DNA of 64,000 nt, from assembly GCA_039621445.1 (NCBI GenBank), contig CP154954.1:558001-622000 (forward strand), given 5' to 3'. Made by a program: the position numbers and the translations under genes. Positions 41,201-53,859 of the stretch are shown in pieces. Numbering within the stretch: the first letter of the stretch is position 1; every line of letters begins with the position of its first letter. The stretch comes from Euglena gracilis. Taxonomy: Eukaryota. The notes under the pieces are model-generated. The model had not been told where the DNA came from and ran no database searches. It worked only from the letters and a program-made list of their open reading frames with translations.

Positions 41201-43700
41201 TACCTGAACGAAACATGTATATTTTATTTTTATTTATTGAAAAGCTGTACTATATGAAAATATTTTTTAAATTTTGTGAACAAATTTTTTAATTAAAAGT
41301 TTTAGTTCATTAGTTTACGAATTTGCATCATTTTTTGTAAAAATTTTATTTTATTTTTATTATTTATACTTATTTGATTATTTTTATGAGGTTTTAAAAC
41401 AGCACTTTTTTTGATAATACTGTTTCCTTAACACAACATAAAATTTATTTAGCATCTAAAAAATCAGATATATTTTTGGTTAAAAACAAACAACGGCGTT
41501 TTTTTAAAAGTTTTTATGCTCATATTTTTTCTGTTCGTAATTGCTTTGAAAAATTTCCTTCTTTACAATCGTATTTTTATTCTTCTAAGGATAAATTTTT
41601 TCTAGTATCACTTTTATCTTCGAAAAGAAATTTATTTCTCTATGGTTTTTTTTATAACATTAAAATCGCGTTTTTGTTTTATTCTTATGATTTTTTTCTT
41701 CTATATAAATTATCTTTTAGTCTTTTGTTAACAAGTACTCTTTTACCTTATATTAATGATATTAATCCTTGTTTTATAAAAGATTATTATTTTTTTGTTG
41801 AAGGCAACTTTTTTGATTTTGAACAAATTTTAATAGATGTTTTTAAGTACTCTTATTATTTTAAGGTCGAAAATTTTAAGTTTTTATATTTTGCTCGTTT
41901 TTCTTGGATTTATAAAAATTTTCCTTTGGATGTAAATTTTTTAAAAAATTTTTTAGACCGTAAAAATTTGGTTTTTTTTAAGTCACTTTTTTTTAATAAT
42001 TTTTAATTTTATATTTAATGGATTGTTGCGAATTACTATTTAATGTGTTTTTTGAGAATTCTTAAACTTGTATTTTTAATAAAGTTATTCATTAGAAATA
42101 GAATTTTTTTTGCAGGTATTAAATTTTTGTATTATTAAATCATTAATTTTTTAATGAATTATCAATTTCTTCAAGATTTGTATAATAAAAAAAGAATATT
42201 TTTGTTAATAAGTAATTACGTAATCACCTTTTTTCGTTTTTGTAGTGAACTATAATGCTGTATTCTAAAATTGATTTTGTAGCTTTTTTTTAAAGCTATG
42301 TAATTTTTACGCATGGTTTATATACAAATATATTTTATATTTAGTTTTTTAATTTTTTTTTTCAAGAAGTGCGTATTGTTTGCTTTTTAAAAGTTTTATT
42401 TAAAAACTTAATATTTTCGTTTCTTTCATAGGTTCTTTTTTATAAATTATTTTCAATTATTCAAAATAAAAATTACATAAGAAATAATTTGGAAAAATTT
42501 TCAGAAATTTTTGTTCTGAGTTTAATTGAAAAATCTGAATTTAAAAGTTTAAAATTTATTCATTTAAAAATAAGTTCTATTAAAAATTTTAACTAAAAAA
42601 ACAATAAAGTTAATTCTATTGATTTAATCAAAATTAAACATTTAGGATTATTATAAGAAATTTTTATTGTTATTTTCCATTTGAAATTATGTTTCTAAAA
42701 ATGAAATTTTTTTTATCTTGAACTTATTGTTTCAGATAAAAAGCCTATTACAATTTGATTTGTATGATTAGGTTTGTTAAAAAACTTGTTAAAAGTCTAT
42801 TTAAAAATTTTTTTATTAGTTATAAAGTTTATTATTTGTTTTATATAGATAAATTTTATTTTTTTTTTAAGTTTCCTTATGATTTTTTTATTTGTAAAAA
42901 ATTATTATATCTTTTTTTAGTCTTCGAGGGATTATTTTGAATATTAATATTAATTCTTTTTATAGATTTGAGACGTTTGTATTTAATTTTTTTATTTTCG
43001 ATTTTTTAAGATTTGGTTCAAATATTTTTTTGCATATTAATAAAAAACATATACAATTTTATAAAATAAATTTAAAAATGATTGTAAAAATGTTTTTAAA
43101 AAAAAATGTATTTTTTTTAGTAAATTTATTAAATAAAAAAATTTTAGATTGTTTAAACAGAGGTTTTTTTTGTTTTAATAACAATTTTCTATTTTTAGAA
43201 TTAGATCTTTATCTTTACCGATTATTGTGGAGATATATAAAAAAACTTCATTCTAGAAAAACTAGAACTTGGATTTACTCTAAATATTGGAAATTTTTTT
43301 CAGGAATTTGGAGATTTTTCATTACTGATATAAAAACAGTAAATTTTTTATTTTTAAAGTATCATTTGTATTCTTCTATTCTTAATTCGAAATTTTTATA
43401 TTTATAGAAATATGAATTTAAAATATCTACTATCTATAAAAAAAAATATATAAATAAAAATAAAGGAAAATTAGAAACATAAGAACAACATAAAAATCTT
43501 TTGTTACATATTTAGTTAATAAAAATTCGAATAAATTTTTTTTTAAATTTAAAAAAAAATTGTTTCTAACTAATTTAATTTTTGTAATAATAAAATTTTA
43601 TATTTAAAAAATAAATTTTATAATTAAAGAAAAAGTAACTAGTTTTCTTTGAAAAAAAAATAATTCCCGTTGTAATAACTTCACAAAAGTGAAATAAAAT
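40971..43700 (+). CDS. roaA: Second, error-containing copy of roaA
   Basis: ORFs 41476-42006, 42755-42940 and 42937-43407 match 48881-49447 and 47252-48169 on the - strand. Confidence 0.75.
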
Positions 43701-43749
43701 ATTAACAAATTATTATTAGACGAATTTAAAAATCAATTTATTCATCTAA

Positions 43750-44758
43750 TTTAGAAGTAACTAAGCGAACGAAGTTCGTAAAATAATAGAGTAGATTAAC
43801 AGATAAGACTAAAAAAGAAAAAAAAAAAAGCGTTTTAATATTGTTTAGTAAGTAATTTAATTATAAAGTTGTTTTTGGTAATTATGCTTGTGGATCTAAA
43901 TAATTTAAAAAATTAATTATGAGTAAATTTAATTATTTTTTTGTTTAAGTTTTAAATTATTGTAATTAAATATCTTTAATAGCATTTTATTCTTAACGTA
44001 ATAAATGTTTAATAATTTTAAATTTTAAGTATTAAATATTTTTTTGAGCTAATAAAAATTAAAATAATAAAAAATACATTTAATCTTTACTAAAAAATTA
44101 ATTATTATTAAAATTTTTTATTTTATATTATGATATACAATTTGATTTTGTACTTATTTTACTTTTTTTAAATTTATTAATTAAAAGCCAAATGCATTAC
44201 ATTTTGCTTGTTTGGATTTTTTAATTTATATTGTACTTGTTTTACAATCATTAGAGCCTGGTTGGATAACTTCACGTCAAATTGAAGCTGCTTTGTGGTT
44301 TTTTGTGATTTCTAATAAATTTATATAGATTTTTTGCTTTCAAAGTTATTTAATAAATTTTTATTGTTTATAAACTTTTTTGGTTTTCGATAAAAAAGGT
44401 TTTTTAACTTATTTACTTATAAGATGATTTTTCTTAATTGTTTTATTTTAAATAAATTTTTACTGTTTTCTTTTCTAAAAAAAAATTTTTTTATTTAATT
44501 CGTAGAGTTATTACAAGATATGCAAAACGTGGGGGCAAACTTTGGATAAGAATTTTTCCCGATAAGCCTGTAACATTTCGAGCAGCCGAAACTCGCATGG
44601 GTTCAGGGAAAGGAAATGTAGAATATTGGGTTGCAATTGTAAAACCTGGAAAAATTCTTTACGAAGTATTGGGTATTTCAGAATCCATTGCAAAGTATTC
44701 TTTAAAAATAGCAGGATATAAAATGCCTATTAAAACTCGTGTTATTGTTAAAATTTAA
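43750..44758 (+). CDS. rpl16: Second copy of rpl16, 5' part corrupted
   Basis: [55 protein letters not shown]. Confidence 0.85.
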
Positions 44759-44853
44759 AACTTTTTAATGCTAATTGTTTTTGTTAATAATATTTTTGGT
44801 AAAATTCTTATTTTGGTAGTTCTTCGTTCTTTATAATTTATTTTTTAGTTTAG

Positions 44854-45327
44854 ATGATTAAACCACAAACATATTTGAAAATTGCGGATAATACTGGAGC
44901 ACAAAAAATTATGTGTATTCGTATATTAGGACCAAATTGTCAGTATGCGAATATTGGTGATATAATAATAGCGGTTGTAAAATTGTGTATTAGAGTTAAT
45001 AATTTATATATCTTTTTATGTTTTTATTATTTTATTATTCTTTTATATTGATATTGTTTATAAATTTATAAAGATTTTATCTATTTTAAAGAAGCTATTC
45101 CTAACATGGTTGTTAAAAAATCAGATATTGTTAAAGCTGTTATTGTTAGAACTGTTAAAGGAGTACGTAGAGAAAGTGGAATGGCAATTCGTTTTGACGA
45201 AAATGCTGCTGTCATAATTAATAATGATCGTTCACCTAAAGGTACAAGAATTTTCGGCCCCATTGCTCGCGAATTGCGAGAAAAGGAATTCGTAAAAATA
45301 ATGTCCTTAGCGCCAGAGGTTGTGTGA
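44854..45327 (+). CDS. rpl14: 50S ribosomal protein L14 (+ copy), one ~108-nt group III intron
   Basis: [25 protein letters not shown]...[25 protein letters not shown]...SLAPEVV*. Confidence 0.95.
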
Positions 45328-45563
45328 TACAATAAAGACTTCTCATAATAAGTTGTTTTTCATTTTTAGCGTATATCTATATTTTCTTAATTTTTTGTAT
45401 GTGTGTTTTTTTATTATAAATTTTACTTTTATCATTCCTATTTATAGTTCCAAAATATTTTTATTAAAATGTTAGAATAAAAAAACACACATACAAAAAA
45501 TTAAGAAAATATAGATATACGCTAAAAATGAAAAACAACTTATTATGAGAAGTCTTTATTGTA

Positions 45564-46037
45564 TCACACAACCTCTGGCGCTAAGGACATTATTTTTACG
45601 AATTCCTTTTCTCGCAATTCGCGAGCAATGGGGCCGAAAATTCTTGTACCTTTAGGTGAACGATCATTATTAATTATGACAGCAGCATTTTCGTCAAAAC
45701 GAATTGCCATTCCACTTTCTCTACGTACTCCTTTAACAGTTCTAACAATAACAGCTTTAACAATATCTGATTTTTTAACAACCATGTTAGGAATAGCTTC
45801 TTTAAAATAGATAAAATCTTTATAAATTTATAAACAATATCAATATAAAAGAATAATAAAATAATAAAAACATAAAAAGATATATAAATTATTAACTCTA
45901 ATACACAATTTTACAACCGCTATTATTATATCACCAATATTCGCATACTGACAATTTGGTCCTAATATACGAATACACATAATTTTTTGTGCTCCAGTAT
46001 TATCCGCAATTTTCAAATATGTTTGTGGTTTAATCAT
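45564..46037 (-). CDS. rpl14: 50S ribosomal protein L14; exons 45909-46037 and 45564-45800
   Basis: Same protein as the + copy; intron 45801-45908 starts TTGTG (NUNNG) and is U-rich. Confidence 0.96.
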
Positions 46038-46132
46038 CTAAACTAAAAAATAAATTATAAAGAACGAAGAACTACCAAAATAAGAATTTTACCAAAAATA
46101 TTATTAACAAAAACAATTAGCATTAAACAGTT

Positions 46133-47195
46133 TTAAATTTTAACAATAACACGAGTTTTAATAGGCATTTTATATCCTGCTATTTTTAAAGAATACTTTG
46201 CAATGGATTCTGAAATACCCAATACTTCGTAAAGAATTTTTCCAGGTTTTACAATTGCAACCCAATATTCTACATTTCCTTTCCCTGAACCCATGCGAGT
46301 TTCGGCTGCTCGAAATGTTACAGGCTTATCGGGAAAAATTCTTATCCAAAGTTTGCCCCCACGTTTTGCATATCTTGTAATAACTCTACGAATTAAATAA
46401 AAAAATTTTTTTTTAGAAAAGAAAACAGTAAAAATTTATTTAAAATAAAACAATTAAGAAAAATCATCTTATAAGTAAATAAGTTAAAAAACCTTTTTTA
46501 TCGAAAACCAAAAAAGTTTATAAACAATAAAAATTTATTAAATAACTTTGAAAGCAAAAAATCTATATAAATTTATTAGAAATCACAAAAAACCACAAAG
46601 CAGCTTCAATTTGACGTGAAGTTATCCAACCAGGCTCTAATGATTGTAAAACAAGTACAATATGCCTTAAAAAATCCAAACAAGCAAAATGTAATGCATT
46701 TGGCTTTTAATTAATAAATTTAAAAAAAGTAAAATAAGTACAAAATCAAATTGTATATCATAATATAAAATAAAAAATTTTAATAATAATCTACTTAATT
46801 TTAGTAAAGATTAAATGTATTTTTTATTATTTTAATTTTTATTAGCTCAAAAAAATATTTAATACTTAAAATTTAAAATTATTAAACATTTATTACGTTA
46901 AGAATAAAATGCTATTAAAGATATTTAATTACAATAATTTAAAACTTAAACAAAAAATAATTAAATTTACTCATAATTAATTTTTTAAATTATTTAGATC
47001 GCACAAGCATAATTACCAAAAACAACTTTATCAATTAAATAAAAAATTTCACTTAAATCAAATCGAATAAAATAACTATCGTGGTAAAACGCAATAAAAA
47101 TTTTATTTTTTACATAAAAAAAGTCTCATATAGATTTTACCTGTTAATCTACCTCTATGATATTTACGAAACTTCGTTCGCTTAGGACTTAACAT
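46133..47195 (-). CDS. rpl16: 50S ribosomal protein L16; 4 exons (approx. 47132-47195, 47005-47033, 46599-46648, 46133-46390)
   Basis: [54 protein letters not shown]...[11 protein letters not shown]; introns of ~100 nt (group III), ~356 nt (GTGCG, group II) and ~208 nt. Confidence 0.95.
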
Positions 47196-47251
47196 ATAAG
47201 ACTATAAAAACAACGAAAATAAAAGATAATAAATTTCTAAATTAGGTAAAT

Positions 47252-49969
47252 TCATTGCAACTGATTAAAATTATTACAATAAAAATGAATTAAAATCAAA
47301 TTTTCAAAGAAACTAAAGTTCCACTTTTTTATGTTCAAAATTACAAAACGATTCGAATAAATCGATTTTTTACAAAAGAAACATAGTCCCCTCTGATTAT
47401 TATATAAGACAATAAAATTAGGTGAAAATTTATATTTGAACTTTTCAAATATCATACGTTCTAATTTTCCTTTATTATATAAGTTGAATATATTTAAAGT
47501 ATTAGATATTTTAAATTTCATATTTCTATAACTATAAAAATATTTCGAAGAATACAAATGAGACTTTAAAAATAAAAAATTTCCTGTTTTTATATCAGTA
47601 ATGAAAAATCTCCAAATTCCTGAAAAAAATTTCCAATATTTAGAGTAAATCCAAGTTCTAGTTTTTCTAGAATGAAGTTTTTTTATATATCTCCACAATA
47701 ATCGGTAAAGATAAAGATCTAATTCTAAAAATAGAAAATTGTTATTAAAACAAAAAAAACCTCTGTTTAAACAATCTAAAATTTTTTTATTCAATAAATT
47801 TACTAAAAAAAATACACTTTTTTTTAAAAACATTTTTACAATCATTTTTAAACTTAGTTTATAAAATTGTATATGTTTTTTATTAATATGCAATAAAATA
47901 TTTGAACCAAATCTTAAAAAATCGAAAATAAAAAAATTAAATACAAACGTCTCAAATCTATAAAAAGAATTAATATTAATATTCAAAATAATCCCTCGAA
48001 GACTAAAAAAAGATATAATAATTTTTTTACAAATAAAAAAATCATAAGGAAACTTAAAAAAAAAATAAAATTTATCTATATAAAACAAATAATAAACTTT
48101 ATAACTAATAAAAAAATTTTTAAATAGACTTTTAACAAGTTTTTTAACAAACCTAATCATACAAATCAAATTGTAATAGGCTTTTTATCTGAAACAATAA
48201 GTTCAAGATATAAAAATTTCATTTTTAGAAACATAATTTCAAATGGAAAAATTACAATAAAAATTGCGTAGAATAATCCTAAACGTCTAATTTTGATTAA
48301 ATCAATAGAATTAACTTTTATTGTTTTTTTAGTTAAAATTTTTAATAGAACTTATTTTTAAATGAATAAATTTTAAACTTTTAAATTCAGATTTTTCAAT
48401 TAAACTCAGAACAAAAATTTCTGAAAATTTTTCCAAATTATTTCTTATGTAATTTTTATTTTGAATAATTGAAAATAATTTATAAAAAAGAACCTATGAA
48501 AGAAACGAAAATATTAAGTTTTTAAATAAAACTTTTAAAAAGCAAACAATACGCACTTCTTGAAAAAAAAAATTAAAAAACTAAATATAAATATATTTGT
48601 ATATAAACCATGCGTAAAAATTACATAGCTTTAAAAAAAAGCTACAAAATCAATTTTAGAATACAGCATTATAGTTCACTACAAAAACGAAAAAAGGTGA
48701 TTACGTAATTACTTATTAACAAAAATATTCTTTTTTTATTATACAAATCTTGAAGAAATTGATAATTCATTAAAAAATTAATGATTTAATAATACAAAAA
48801 TTTAATACCTGCAAAAAAAATTCTATTTCTAATGAATAACTTTATTAAAAATACAAGTTTAAGAATTCTCAAAAAACACATTAAATAGTAATTCGCAACA
48901 ATCCATTAAATATAAAATTAAAAATTATTAAAAAAAGTGACTTAAAAAAAACCAAATTTTTACGGTCTAAAAAATTTTTTAAAAAATTTACATCCAAAGG
49001 AAAATTTTTATAAATCCAAGAAAAACGAGCAAAATATAAAAACTTAAAATTTTCGACCTTAAAATAATAAGAGTACTTAAAAACATCTATTAAAATTTGT
49101 TCAAAATCAAAAAAGTTGCCTTCAACAAAAAAATAATAATCTTTTATAAAACAAGGATTAATATCATTAATATAAGGTAAAAGAGTACTTGTTAACAAAA
49201 GACTAAAAGATAATTTATATAGAAGAAAAAAATCATAAGAATAAAACAAAAACGCGTTTTTAATGTTATAAAAAAAACCATGGAGAAATAAATTTCTTTT
49301 CGAAGATAAAAGTGATACTAGAAAAAATTTATCCTTAGAAGAATAAAAATACGATTGTAAAGAAGGAAATTTTTCAAAGCAATTACGAACAGAAAAAATA
49401 TGAGCATAAAAACTTTTAAAAAAACGCCGTTGTTTGTTTTTAACCAAAAATATATCTGATTTTTTAGATGCTAAATAAATTTTATGTTGTGTTAAGGAAA
49501 CAGTATTATCAAAAAAAGTGCTGTTTTAAAACCTCATAAAAATAATCAAATAAGTATAAATAATAAAAATAAAATAAAATTTTTACAAAAAATGATGCAA
49601 ATTCGTAAACTAATGAACTAAAACTTTTAATTAAAAATTTGTTCACAAACTGTAAAAAATATTTTCATATAGTACAGCTTTTCAATAAATGAATATAAAA
49701 TATACATGTTTCGTTCAGGTATTACTAATAATACTAATAATGCATGCTTTTATTAGAATATAAATGATTTATTAATAACAATTTCAGTTAATACTGTATA
49801 TTATTGTTATTTTAACAAGTAAAAATAAATAAAAATTCCAAAATTTAGAAAAAAGTTAAATTTTATAAAATTAAATTTGATCTTTAAAATATTGAAGGAT
49901 TATAAAGAAGGAATTTTTCATAAAAAATATTTTAAAATAATACAAAATTAATGACGCAAAAAATTCCAT
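47252..49969 (-). CDS. roaA: roaA (ORF516): free-standing, intron-interrupted maturase-like gene between rps3 and rpl16; internal exon borders not fully resolved
   Basis: ATG GAA TTT followed by a TTGCG intron start at ~49960; coding blocks at ~48900-49500 and 47252-48170; LDLYLYRLLWRYIKKLHSRKTRTWIYSKYW (domain X-like) and QRGLCFFC...ENLILIHFYCN (HNH-like). Gene position matches E. gracilis roaA. Confidence 0.82.
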
Positions 49970-50077
49970 TTAATAAAGTTCCAATTAAATCTATAAAAAA
50001 AAGAAAACAAAATGTTTTACAATATAGCGAAAAATAAAAATAATATAAATATCAATAAAAAAAAAAATTAAAAGACG

Positions 50078-51245
50078 CTAAACTTTATATACCCAAACCT
50101 TTATCCCTAAAACTCCATAAATCGTATTATAAAATTAATAAAATTTATTTAAAATAAAACAAAAAATAAAAATAAAGAAAAATTTATAAAATTATACTAA
50201 ATTTTATAAAAATAAAAGAAATATCTTATGAGCTATATCATTAAAATAATCTATATCTGCCCTCAAAGTATGAAGAGGAACTCTTCCTTCCCTAAACCAT
50301 TCCGTCCTAGCAATTTCTATACCATTTAAACGTCCAGAAACTTGAACCTTTATACCCTCTGCTCCTGCCTTCATTGCTTGCAACATTACAGTTTTCATAG
50401 CCCTTATAAAAGGTGTTCGTTTTTCTAATTCTCGACGAACTGAGTCGGCAAGAAGTCTGGCATCTAAATTAGGAGAGGTCACTCCTACAACCTTACAAGT
50501 AATAATACGAGGAGTCTTACCCAACAGATAATTCATCCTATCAATCAATATATCCCTAATACGAGATAATCCCTGGCCATCTCTTCCTATTACACGTTCT
50601 GGTCTGGCAACATGAATATAGACTATTGTGTTATTTCTTTGTTCACTAAATTCATATATTCTTTCTATCTTTATCAACGAAATTAAAGTCTCTAAAAGCT
50701 CTTTATTCATAAAATTACGGATAACGATGTCTTCTTTTACAAAACTAGCGTAATGCCTCCTTTCCACATACCAAAATGAACTATGCGACTAAGAAAATAG
50801 AAAACTCTTTTTAAAGTTAAAAATAAAATACTTTCAAAACAAAACAAGCTTATTAAAAGCATATAGCTAAAATAAAAACTCGGGTATAAAATCTCTAATT
50901 CTAATAAAATATAAATCAAATTATCCTCAAAATAAGAATAAAAACTTTTTCTACAAAAAAAATAAATAAGGAAAAATAAACATTAAAAACAACACTTAAT
51001 AGAAAAATATAAAAAATCGACCTCAAAATAATATTTAACGAATTGAAGCTATCTTATAAATTTTAAAGTAAATAAGACCAAAAAATTATAAAAATTAACT
51101 TTAGAACTTTAGTATCGCACTATAAATATTTTAGATAAAACACAAGTTAATAATAGAATAAAATATTTATTACGAAATAAATAATATTTTGTATCTCAAT
51201 AGTAATACCTAGCCTAAACCCTAAAGGGTGAACTTTTTGACCCAT
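50078..51245 (-). CDS. rps3: 30S ribosomal protein S3; exons approx. 51200-51245, 50230-50790, 50078-50127
   Basis: MGQKVHPLGFRLGIT|KSHSSFWY...GIKVQVSGRLNGIEIARTEWFREGRVPLHTLRADIDY...|TIYGVLGIKVWVYKV*. Confidence 0.96.
50791..51199 (-). other. rps3 intron 1 (409 nt): mixed twintron, a group II intron (~50810-51120) inside a group III intron
   Basis: Outer intron starts TTGAG and inner starts GTGCG at 51120; removing the inner intron leaves ~98 nt. Confidence 0.85.
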
Positions 51246-51875
51246 AAAAAAAAAAACAACTAATGCTAAAATCTTAATTGAAAATAATATAAAAATAAAC
51301 TACGAACAACAAATAAATACCAGGTAAATTTAAAAACGATTATTGTTTTGATTATTTATTAATAGAGATTTAATCTTTTTTCTATAAATTTAATCTTTCA
51401 AATTTTTTCAAAACAAAATGACCAGTTAATGTAAAAAATAAGTTTTTTCTGATTAATGAGGTTCCAACACTTAATAAAATAAATTACAAAAACAAAATGC
51501 AATAAGTTAACAAAAATTTTTATAAAATGGATAATTTTAATTGAATAGAAATTATAATCCTTCTAAAATCTGTACAAGCGTTTACAACATACAGCTTCAT
51601 TAATACAAATATACATTTAAAATACCTATAAAACTATAAAAATTTTTGATAGTATTTCCAATCGCTTTTTAAACAAAAAAATGAATAAAATAAATCTGTT
51701 TTGAAATGAAAAATAAATTAAAATTTTTAAACCATAAACCAAATTCAACAAATAATAAAAACAAATAAACTTAAAATTCATCAAAAATAAAAAGTTATTT
51801 ATCTTTTATTTAGAAAAACAAACTCACTAAAACAACAATTAGAGTTGCAAAAGAAAACTACGAAATAATTCAAAT

Positions 51876-52217
51876 TCAGACAATAATAGTTATATGACAT
51901 GTTCGTTTTTTAATAGGAAAACCCCTACCTTGTGCATGTGGACATAAACGTTTCAAGATAGGTCCAGCATCTGCTCTAGCTTCGAGAACACGCAAAACAT
52001 TTGCATCTTCATCGTAATTTTTTATTGAATTAGAAACGGCGCTTTTAAGAAGCTTAAAAATAAGAGTACTAGGTTTATAAGGCATAAATTTTAAAATCAT
52101 TAAAGCCTCTTTTGCAGAACGACCTTTAATTTGATTTAAAATTCTCCTAACTTTAAAAGGAGAAATTCTAACGTACTTTATTGAAGCTGAAGATTCTAAA
52201 GGTTTTTTTTGTTCCAT
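51876..52217 (-). CDS. rpl22: 50S ribosomal protein L22
   Basis: KYVRISPFKVRRILNQIKGR...LKSAVSN...AQGRGFPIKKRTCHITIIV. Confidence 0.96.
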   Translation of the reverse strand: MEQKKPLESSASIKYVRISPFKVRRILNQIKGRSAKEALMILKFMPYKPSTLIFKLLKSAVSNSIKNYDEDANVLRVLEARADAGPILKRLCPHAQGRGFPIKKRTCHITIIV

Positions 52218-52327
52218 CAGTAAAAAATAACATAAAATTATATAAAAACTGTATAAAAAGTATCCATACTAATATTTAAAAAGTTCTTAATACATGCAAA
52301 AATTACATAACATATAAAATAATTCTA

Positions 52328-52812
52328 CTATCTCTTAGTCTTAGTTTTTTTATCATGCTTTTTATGACCACGATAATTTCTAGTTTGCACAAATTCACCT
52401 AATTTTATAAGGTTTAATAAATCCATTTTATTAATAAAAAACCCACAATAATATAAGAAAATAAACTTTAAATTTTTTATTACAAAAATTATAAAATCAA
52501 AAGTGACCTATCATTTGATCGGAAACTAAAACGGGTATATGCTCCTTTCCATTATAAACGCCTATTGTATTTCCAATCATAATTGGAATAATAGTACAGG
52601 AACGGGACCAAGTTAATATTACAGATTTAAAAAAGATCTAAAGTTTTCATTTAAAAACAAAAAAATAAATAAATTAGTATTATATATGATTCTAAAATAA
52701 AAATTAATTAAAAACATAAGGTCAAATCTCAAAAACGATTCGAATTCATTTGGTCAACTTTTTTTATTAATGAATAAAAAACAAAAGGACCTTTTTTTAA
52801 AGAACGAGACAT
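52328..52812 (-). CDS. rps19: 30S ribosomal protein S19, two ~100-nt group III introns
   Basis: [12 protein letters not shown]...|[65 protein letters not shown]. Confidence 0.93.
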
Positions 52813-52871
52813 AAATAAAAAATAAACAAAATAAAAAATAAACAAAATAATAACAAGGAAAATAGTAGATA

Positions 52872-53705
52872 TTAAACCATTTTTCTAGAGCGAATTATAT
52901 ATTTATTACTAAATCGTTTAGGTGATCTTGTCTTTTTACCTAATGCTGGTTTACCCCAAGGCGTAACAGGCTTTGGTCTACCTATAGGACTTCTGCCTTC
53001 GCCTCCTCCATGAGGGTGATCGCAAGGATTCATAGCTACACCACGAACTGTTGGTTTGTTTCCTAACCAGCGATTTCTTCCAGCTTTTCCTAAAACGACA
53101 TTAGAATGATCAAGATTTCCAACTTGACCAATAGTAGCCCAACAATAACGTCGTAATAAACGAACTTCTCCCGAAGGCATTGTTATAGTAACAAATTTTC
53201 CTTCATTGGCCAATATTTGTACAAAAGTTCCAGCAGCCCTTGCAATTTGACCACCTTTTCCAGGCTCAAACTCTACGTTATGAATAATAGTACCTAATGG
53301 TATTTTGCTTATGGGTAAAGAATTTCCTATTTTAATAGGAGAAAAAAAATCAGAAATAATATTATTACCAACGCACAAATCTTTTGGATGAATAATATAA
53401 GACTTATCACCATTTTTATAATAAATTAAAGCAATTCGAGCATTCCTATTAGGATCGTATTCAATAGAAATAACTTTTCCTAAAATACCTAGCTTATTAC
53501 GTTTAAACTCTATTCTGCGATACAAGCGTTTGTGACCACCACCTAAAGTTCGGCAAGTAATCACACCACGGGAATTCCGTCCTTTTGACCTATGAACAAA
53601 AAATGTTAAATATTTTTCAGGATTAGATTTTGTAATTTCTGAAAAATTACTAACAGAACGTTTACGAGTCCCTGATGTATATGGTTTGTAATAACGAATA
53701 ATCAT
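52872..53705 (-). CDS. rpl2: 50S ribosomal protein L2, no intron
   Basis: [13 protein letters not shown]...[11 protein letters not shown]...[18 protein letters not shown]. Confidence 0.98.
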   Translation of the reverse strand: MIIRYYKPYTSGTRKRSVSNFSEITKSNPEKYLTFFVHRSKGRNSRGVITCRTLGGGHKRLYRRIEFKRNKLGILGKVISIEYDPNRNARIALIYYKNGDKSYIIHPKDLCVGNNIISDFFSPIKIGNSLPISKIPLGTIIHNVEFEPGKGGQIARAAGTFVQILANEGKFVTITMPSGEVRLLRRYCWATIGQVGNLDHSNVVLGKAGRNRWLGNKPTVRGVAMNPCDHPHGGGEGRSPIGRPKPVTPWGKPALGKKTRSPKRFSNKYIIRSRKMV

Positions 53706-53719
53706 ATTAAAAAATTAGT

Positions 53720-53825
53720 AAACTATTAAAGTATATACTAAATACATCGAAAAAATTAGAATTAAAAAATTTTAGGTTAAAAATAAAAAACTAAATTATT
53801 TTTAAACAAATAAAGTAAAACTCAC
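53720..53825 (-). other. Probable intercistronic group III intron between rpl23 and rpl2
   Basis: GTGAG (NUNNG) start followed by ~100 nt of U-rich sequence ending just before the rpl2 start. Such an intron is established for E. gracilis; the 3' border is approximate. Confidence 0.65.
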
Positions 53826-53859
53826 CTATAAATGCCACTACTAAAACAATAAAAATTAA

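Noticed and set aside
44511..46380. ORFs 44511-44693, 45081-45332, 45559-45810 and 46198-46380 (also 1114-1344, 8662-8874, 29658-29903, 31179-31367)
   Set aside because: Antisense or off-frame shadows of rpl16, rpl14, psbC, mat2 and psaB, or intron sequence.
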